Source: Macrostomum lignano | Lineage: Eukaryota | DNA: 64,000 nucleotides | Direction of reading: 5' to 3' | Assembly: GCA_002269645.1 (NCBI GenBank) | Contig: NIVC01003280.1 | Coordinates: 1 to 64,000, forward strand | Shown: piece after piece, positions 56,789-64,000 of the stretch | Layout: each line of letters begins with the position of its first letter | How positions within the stretch are numbered: position 1 is the first letter of the stretch | Program-made: the position numbers and the translations under genes | Notes under the pieces: generated by a model | Seen by the model: the letters and a program-made list of their open reading frames with translations, nothing else | Database searches by the model: none | Told to the model about the DNA's origin: nothing

Positions 56789-58216
56789 CAGGGACAACTT
56801 AAACTACCGGGACGCGAAACCAGCCAAATCATGGCGAAAAACGTTGGGGGCTCGTTCATTCTATGGTCCTATAGCTGAGACACTTTAATTAGATTGGAAA
56901 ATGAAATTAGAATTGGTGCAGAAATGTCGTGAAAATTTTTCTTATAAAACCAACAAGTCGTAGTTTAACCCCTGTACAGAGCCGAAATGTGTTTTATTAA
57001 AATCCTGAATAATACGCACAAAATGGCGTACAATACTCGCGACAAGCAGTCATAACAAAGTATAAGGGAAGGCATAACAAAAAGTAAAAACTTAAGGAAA
57101 AGTGGTGTGTGTGTAAACGAAAACGTGCATCGGGCCCGGTTGGAAAAGAAAATATTCTTGTTCGTTTAGTTTCAGAGTTGTAGTTTGATCTGCACGTTCG
57201 TGGCATGGCTTTCTCTCAACTACAGGCGCATGATTCTTAGAGCTCATTGAAAATTATAGAAGCCCCTCAGCAGTCGACTTACTTTAGTATAGGATTTTTA
57301 TTTTTTTTTTTACTTTATTATAGAATTCATAACTTTGCCACTTCATTTCGACATACCCAGTAGAAAGGCAACAGAAAAGTCGATGCGCTTGTCCAGTACA
57401 GAAAGAACTGTTAAAAACAAAAAGCTGTGTATTTAAGTCACATGAGGAAGTAGACAGTTGCAACAGTGAAATCAGTTATGTCCGCCAAAGTTAATGCTCG
57501 TTCGCTGCAACAAGCTACAAATTTCACATTATCTGCTGCTCATTGATGCACAGGGGCAGAAACCGCATCACATGTCGTTCCCAGGCAAGGCACTTCGCGG
57601 CGGAAATTTCCTCTCGTGCAACGTAGCCGCAGCGGAAAAGCACCATGAGTCTCCACTGCGTTAGGTTGATGCCATCAGGCGGATTGCTAAGTCACTTTCT
57701 AAGTCACTTTTAAGTCCGTCACTTTCTCACCCCTGTTCATTGCTTCAATGACAAGATGCCTTCTGTCGTTTCCAATGGACGCGTATGCAGCCATTTTTAG
57801 GCACACAAGGAAAGTGACTGTTGCCCAAGAAGAGGACACGTTCATATAGGCTTTTCATTTCTATGAGAGGTTTGGCCATAGATACTCACCCACTGATATC
57901 CCAGCCCCCTCTGGCAGTGTTTGAGTCACTCCGCGCGTCAAGTCGAAATGATGTGGCAAAGTTATGAATTCAATTGGAAAACAGCGCACTTTATTGCCAT
58001 AGACTCCATGGCCACTCTGCCAACTTCTATGGACGAAATCAAATGACAATTTTATGAAATCAAACGAAAAAACCTATACTATATAGAACGAAGAAGGCGC
58101 GTATCACAAAGCAAAACACATTAAATTGTCCACAGCCATAGACAAACAAACGAGCCCCCAACTTTTTTCGCCATGATTTGGCTTGTTTCGCGTCCCGGTA
58201 GTTTAAGTTGTCCCTG
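56789..58216 (-). mobile_element. Non-autonomous THAP/P-element-like DNA transposon derivative, 1428 bp
   Basis: ~65-bp TIRs CAGGGACAACTTAAACTACCGGGACGCGAAAC...; perfect 8-bp TSD TTAAGTGT (56781-88 and 58217-24); truncated THAP-like start MPRTC-RSNY...RIFSFP at 57206. Confidence 0.8.
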
Positions 58217-59694
58217 TTAAGTGTCTTATCTCTAAATTGAACTTTCGCCCCCTGATTTTTGCTTCTTACTTTGCCCTTTAGAGAACCTTTTTTATTTGCT
58301 CAGACTTTTCCTAATTTCTAATCCCTATATAAACTTTTAAAAATATTCGTAACTATATTAGACTACTGCATCGATCTTTTTTGCATTTGCAAAAAGAAAA
58401 ATTTGCTGAAAAGGCAATGCTGAGATCGATTCATTCATGCATCGAAGCATTTAGCAAAGTGAGATGTTATTCTGCTATTAGCTATACTACTGCTAGCATG
58501 TTATTCACTAGTATAGCGTCCTGACGTGTTAAGTCGTCCAATACAAACTTACAAAGAATAATAAGATTTAATTACATTTATATGATGGTCCAATATTGTT
58601 TTAAACTCATTTTTGCACGTGTGATGGCGTGTCAAAGGCAAAAATCCCAAAATTTGTCTACATGTAATGTAGCTCAGTTGACATGCAATGATCGAGGAAC
58701 CAAAAGCACGACTATACATGTATATTGAGTATATCTACTGTATGTACCATCTACTGTACATGTACGGGCGTGGTTGCATAAATTAATGAACCAGAAGTTC
58801 TCTGTTTGTCTGTCCGTGCATCTCAAGGCCCGTGCAACATTACCATCGATATAATTGCATTATATTGATACACGGAAACATATGTAGAGAAACGGTGTGA
58901 TACAATGTACGTGTACATGCAAGATGCACGGCTCCTCTTGAAGAGATCTCCAAGCTTAGCAGACTACTATAAAAGTAGTAAGATAAAAACATGAATAATC
59001 TATTTAAAAACTAACATGAGTCATACTCTAATTTCAGTAATGCCTGCAATATCACGTAAACAGCGAGTGATCATTACATAGTCCGAAAAACCGGCCGGTT
59101 TTCAACCGATATTTCCAAATATGGTAAATGTCAGTTTAAATGCGACCTAAGCTTCACCCCTTTTCTACGTAAAACCCCACCGGTCAATGGACAAAGTACA
59201 TTTCTTGATTGTTATCAATGAAACCGGTTTGGGGCTCAAGGTCGAATAAAAGTGTAAAAATACAAGCGAGAAATCCGAGCTGAAACCTCAGACTCAGAGC
59301 AGCCTTAAGAAATCTTGGGCTTAGCCAGAGCTACTAAGCAAGGCTATATCTCTGAGAGAGACAAACACAAATTGGTAAGCCTTTGTTAGAGTCTTTGTTA
59401 CTTGAGTCTTTGTTATTCGATTATTAAGAGCTGTGTCATTGCCGGCCGTTACTGATCAGTCGATTTATTAAGTTATTGAATTTGAGGCCGCCTATTCATA
59501 AGGGATTGGATAGGATCTGCGGACCGATTCCAATACTCTTAGTCGATTATTGATTGATTGATTTTGGTACCCTAGAGTAACCGATAGGAGCACACGACTC
59601 CGATTCCGTTATTTCTAGAAGAAGACCCCCTTTCGGAGGACTTCGTCATTGTTATAGAGTTGAATTTGTTATTAGGGCGCATCTCTGATCTCAG

Positions 59695-60577
59695 CACTCG
59701 AGGAAAATAATGGTTTCTGCACTCGAGGAATATATCGATTTCTGCACTCGAGCAATATATCGATTTCTGCACTCGAGGAATATATCGATTTCTGCACTCG
59801 AGCAATATATCGATTTCTGCACTCGAGGAAAATAATGGTTTCTGCACTCGAGGAAAATATCGATTTCTGCACTCGAGCAATATATCGATTTCTGCAATCG
59901 AGGAATATATCGATTTCTGCAATCGAGGAATATAATGGTTTCTGCACTCGAGCAATATATCGATTTCTGCAATCGAGGAATATATCGATTTCTGCAATCG
60001 AGCAATATATCGATTTCTGCACTCGAGGAATATATCGATTTCTGCACTCGAGCAATATATCGATTTCTGCAATCGAGCAATATATCGATTTCTGCACTCG
60101 AGGAATATATCGATTTCTGCACTCGAGCAATATATCGAGTTCTGCAATCGAGGAATATATCGATTTCTGCAATCGAGGAATATATCGATTTCTGCACTCG
60201 AGGAATATATCGATTTCTGCACTCGAGGAATATATCGATTTCTGCACTCGAGGAATATATCGATTTCTGCACTCGAGCAATATATCGAGTTCTGCAATCG
60301 AGGAATATATCGATTTCTGCAATCGAGCAATATATCGATTTCTGCACTCGAGCAATATATCGATTTCTGCAATCGAGGAATATATCGATTTCTGCAATCG
60401 AGGAATATATCGATTTCTGCAATCGAGGAATATATCGATTTCTGCAATCGAGGAATATATCGATTTCTGCACTCGAGCAATATATCGATTTCTTCACTCG
60501 AGGAATATATCGATTTCTGCATTCGAGCAATATATCGATTTCTGCAATCGAGGAATATAATGGTTTCTGCACTCGAG
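59695..60577. repeat. Minisatellite, 25-bp unit CTCGAGGAATATATCGATTTCTGCA
   Basis: About 35 copies; source of five repeat ORFs. Confidence 0.96.
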
Positions 60578-61777
60578 AAACATATTGTCGTCGACGGACT
60601 ATGTTACTAAGCTCTCTTATTCGGCCGATTTAGAATTCAAGAAGACTACTCCGGAGGAAGAAGATTCGAAGAGACGAGTTCGGAGAACCTGCCCGACAAA
60701 GAAGAGGAGCCCGCATCAGTAAGTGATTACTGAATTCTGTTACCAGGCTTAAGGTCTGGAAGTGGGAGTTTTCGAGTGACTGAATACTACTCTTAAACTC
60801 TTCACTCTTATCGTAGCAATGTCACATGTAGCTCGTATATAGACATTCGCGGTGTGCTACGCTATGCGCTACGCTACGCTATGCGCGTACGTGGTCTTAT
60901 AATTTTAGGCGGTGCAGCACTCGCAAGAGCGTCGAGCCAAGCAGTACATCCCCATTTGATTTTGATATACCTTTTACTATAGAGTAGGCTAGCGTACATG
61001 TGTAGCTAGGCTACATAAAATATGCACTAGGCTATACTATCACATGTCATGGACAACTAGTTGTCCATGTCACATGTACAGTGTGTACTTTTTGCCATAA
61101 AATTCAACTATTGTGATTGACCTGTACGAATGAATACTCGTACATGAATGTAAATCAATGTAAGAAATGAGAGTATATGTATACGAAATTAGCAATTGCA
61201 GTGTATTTGCTTTAAAATAAAAGAACATGAAGCACATGTACATTGAGTAAAGTATAAAATGTCACAGCGCTTAGTATAATGTTACAAGGACCACTAGCTA
61301 CCGGTAAAACACTACGACGACGATGGACATATCGCTTTCAAACTTTTTTCATGCATGTACATATAGTGTGAAAGTACATGCACGGAAAGTGTACATAAGG
61401 CTTGATGAATAAGGAAAAATGTATTACATTGATGCAGATTGGTTTGTATATTGTAGCGCATAAGTAGATTTTGCATTGTTTTAATTATCACAATAAATGT
61501 TTTACGTACTGAAATAAAAATTTCAAATAATACCAGTCATTGCAGACAACGAGGATAAATTTAATATATGTAAAATTATCGTTTAAAGTCTGCCAGTCAT
61601 AGATAAACCACATTAGCCAACAAAGGCATTTACACGTAGTAGTTGCTCGTTGAATATGTCATCGCTGTTGTTTTACTGCGAGCACGGAAGTTAAGAGAGT
61701 TTTTTACCATAAATTTATAGTTAAGTCTCATTTCCAACGAATTTAAACGTATAGTAACTCTTATAGCATAAAGGCTC

Positions 61778-64000
61778 TCACCGTGAAACATCCTCATTGA
61801 AAATCATATTAGCCAAATCGCTAGACAATATCTTTAGCGCTGCCTCGTCATCATCCAGCTTCTTGGCCTCGAAACCCGACCAGGCCAAGTTCGCTGGCAG
61901 ATCGTCAGTCTTCTCGTTGACGAAGATTCCTTGAAATCGATGCTTCTCAGTTAGCAAGAGGGTTGTCAAGCTGTGCCTGGATCCATCTGAGAGGGTGTCG
62001 ATCTGCAATAAGGGAAATAAAAACGATTACAGGTCTTTCTCGTTGTCCTTGTCTGTCATTTGCTATTGAAGTTTTCCATCCGACAGTACAAGGACCACTA
62101 GGAACACTTCGTTATATAAGGACGTTACACTCTCGATTCGTGTAAAAATAGTTGAAGGCCGATTTTCGTTCTCGTATACATTATTATAATATTAGAGGAG
62201 AAAGACTTTAAAGCATAAAGACCAAATTATGCGGGTTCTGTATATGATGTTCACTCTGATATATTTTCAGAAACGTCACAAAATTTTGCATTCACATAAA
62301 TGTGCGTAAGATTTTCAGCTACTTATTAATTTTACTTTCTAAACTTGAAGATTTGGATAGCTACCAGACGCCCAAAAATAGGGTGTCTCCATTGTACAGG
62401 ATTTTCTTGCATCTATACATCTAGTGGGAAACTAAACTAACTGGTTTACTTGGTAGTAGGGGACAAAAATCTGAACAATTTGGCGAAAAAATCAACATTC
62501 TACATGCAATCGATTCGGAGATACAGGCATTTAAACAATCGGCCTTCAACTGTTTTTGCACGATTTGCAAGTGTTTCAAGTCTAGTAGTCCTTGCGACGG
62601 TAACCATGAAGTACATGTAAGTTCCCTTTGAATTTGTTCTGAATCAGTTTCCCTGCTAGATAATTTGACATTATTTGAGTTTCCATGCCCGTACATGTAC
62701 ATCTGGGAAGAATCGATGCGAGAGAAAATTATAACACCCATGTACTTGCCCGAAAGCTATCAAAAGCCGAATCGGCGCTCATAAACACGACAAGATTCGA
62801 ACTTCCGACCAATTGTCGCGTCAGACTTTGCAGACCAACAACCTTTACCACCTCGACGCCAGCGGCAGCCGCTGTCAGCGCGTGCTGGAACCGCCGCACA
62901 GTTGTCCGGCTAATGGCGTTGACATTTTCCAGTTCGGGCAGCACTAGGAGAATGAGCTTCCGTGCATTTCTCAGCCGACGATGACAGTACACGATCAGCA
63001 TCAATACTGACACTGGCACTAGCAATACTGCGACAAACACCAGCAAAATTACGGTTGTAGCAAATGTTTCAACTCTGTCAGCATAATCAGTTTGGTCCAG
63101 GGACATCGGCTTAGCCGGACAAAGTTTGCAGCTATCGAATAGAGCCTCCTCAAGATGGCAAAGCTGCGGATGAAGCAGCTTCTCTGCCGAGCCGTCTGCG
63201 TTACGTTTGCAGGGGATTAGCGTTAATCCATTAGGTTGTATGAGTTGAAATATTGAATTCCTCCCACTAAAAGACTCACCTGACCCGCGGATTGCGAAAA
63301 ACATTCGCCTACTCGTACAGCATTTTCGACTGCTATTTGCAAACCTTGGACGAAACTGAAAATCAAAATTGGCAATGATTGGCATTCGAAAACCTACTCT
63401 AAAAGAACCATTTTTACGTGAAAGAAACGTGAGACAGGTACACACATCAATCCGAATGAGAAGGCCAGCGGCAGGTGATATTCGAACTACGACCGACTGT
63501 TTGACCCACAGATTGCGTCTCTGAAGCCAACATGAGTGCGATTGGATGTACAATCGGTTGGGTGGAATTGAAAAGCTTTTTTGAGCGAGATAATTTCCGA
63601 GTTAATACGCTCGTGCGAGCACTTACATAAAAAATATCTGAGACATTCTGGAGATACTGCACCAAATCAACGGTGCTACTATAAAAAGCTACCCGCACCA
63701 GGAGCCTTGATGGACTCACCATTTTGTCGCTGAACTCGTAGCTGTCAGCGCTCCAAACAGACGGTTCATTCAGAGTCAGGCGCAGCCCGCCAACCCAGCC
63801 GCTCCGCAGGTAGGCCGTCATGTTGCAGCGGAAGTCGCTGCCATCGTCACCGCAGGCGCCGCAGCGTCGCGCCGCCAGCTGCACCAGCGGCCGGTCGTCG
63901 CCCGCCGACCTGGTGAAGAAGAATCGAACTCGGGGCTGCTCGCACAGCCTGGACCCGCTGGCCAGCTTGAAGACCTTCATCGTGTAGGATCTGGTCGGAC
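61778..64000 (-). CDS. Diverged paralog of the TIR/SEFIR-like receptor, 5' part outside the window; exons >64000-63720, 63355-63280, 63195-62750, 62002-61778
   Basis: Same exon phases (0, 1) as copies A/B; FRPRF...SRRMFFAI exon matches FRKTA...ARRSIFSL; TM TVILLVFVAVLLVPVSVLMLIVY; tail RKLILLVLP...GVEVVKVVGLQSLTRQLVGSSNLVVFMS...LLTEKHRFQGIF aligns with copies A/B. Confidence 0.7.

Overview
Eukaryotic (animal) genomic DNA with GC-rich exons, AT-rich spacers and introns packed with minisatellites. This style resembles a free-living flatworm such as Macrostomum, but that is an inference and cannot be established from the sequence. Genes: (1) a tight head-to-tail minus-strand trio YIPF6 -> RPL7-family -> ABI at 2.7-18.1 kb; (2) a cluster of single-pass receptors with a Cys-containing ectodomain and a TIR/SEFIR-like tail, comprising a plus-strand gene (22.8-34.4 kb) whose last three exons are tandemly duplicated and a diverged minus-strand paralog (61.8-64 kb, cut by the window edge); (3) a ZC3H4/6-like triple-CCCH gene (40.5-45.4 kb); (4) an EF-hand nicotinamidase (49.3-53.4 kb). 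Mobile DNA: an intact 3.2-kb Chapaev-type transposon with RAG1-like motifs inserted into a YIPF6 exon, a decayed mariner, a DD37D maT element in the CCCH-gene intron, a rearranged THAP/P-like derivative, and small MITEs. More than 20 tandem arrays generate most of the long ORFs in the supplied track. Many single-base deficits in homopolymer runs of conserved genes point to long-read consensus errors. Best leads: the receptor cluster (exon-block duplication with a new C-terminus, a 218-bp identical ectodomain tract shared with an otherwise diverged inverted paralog, and a paralog-specific GC-AG intron), the Chapaev insertion in YIPF6, and the possible trans-spliced operon.
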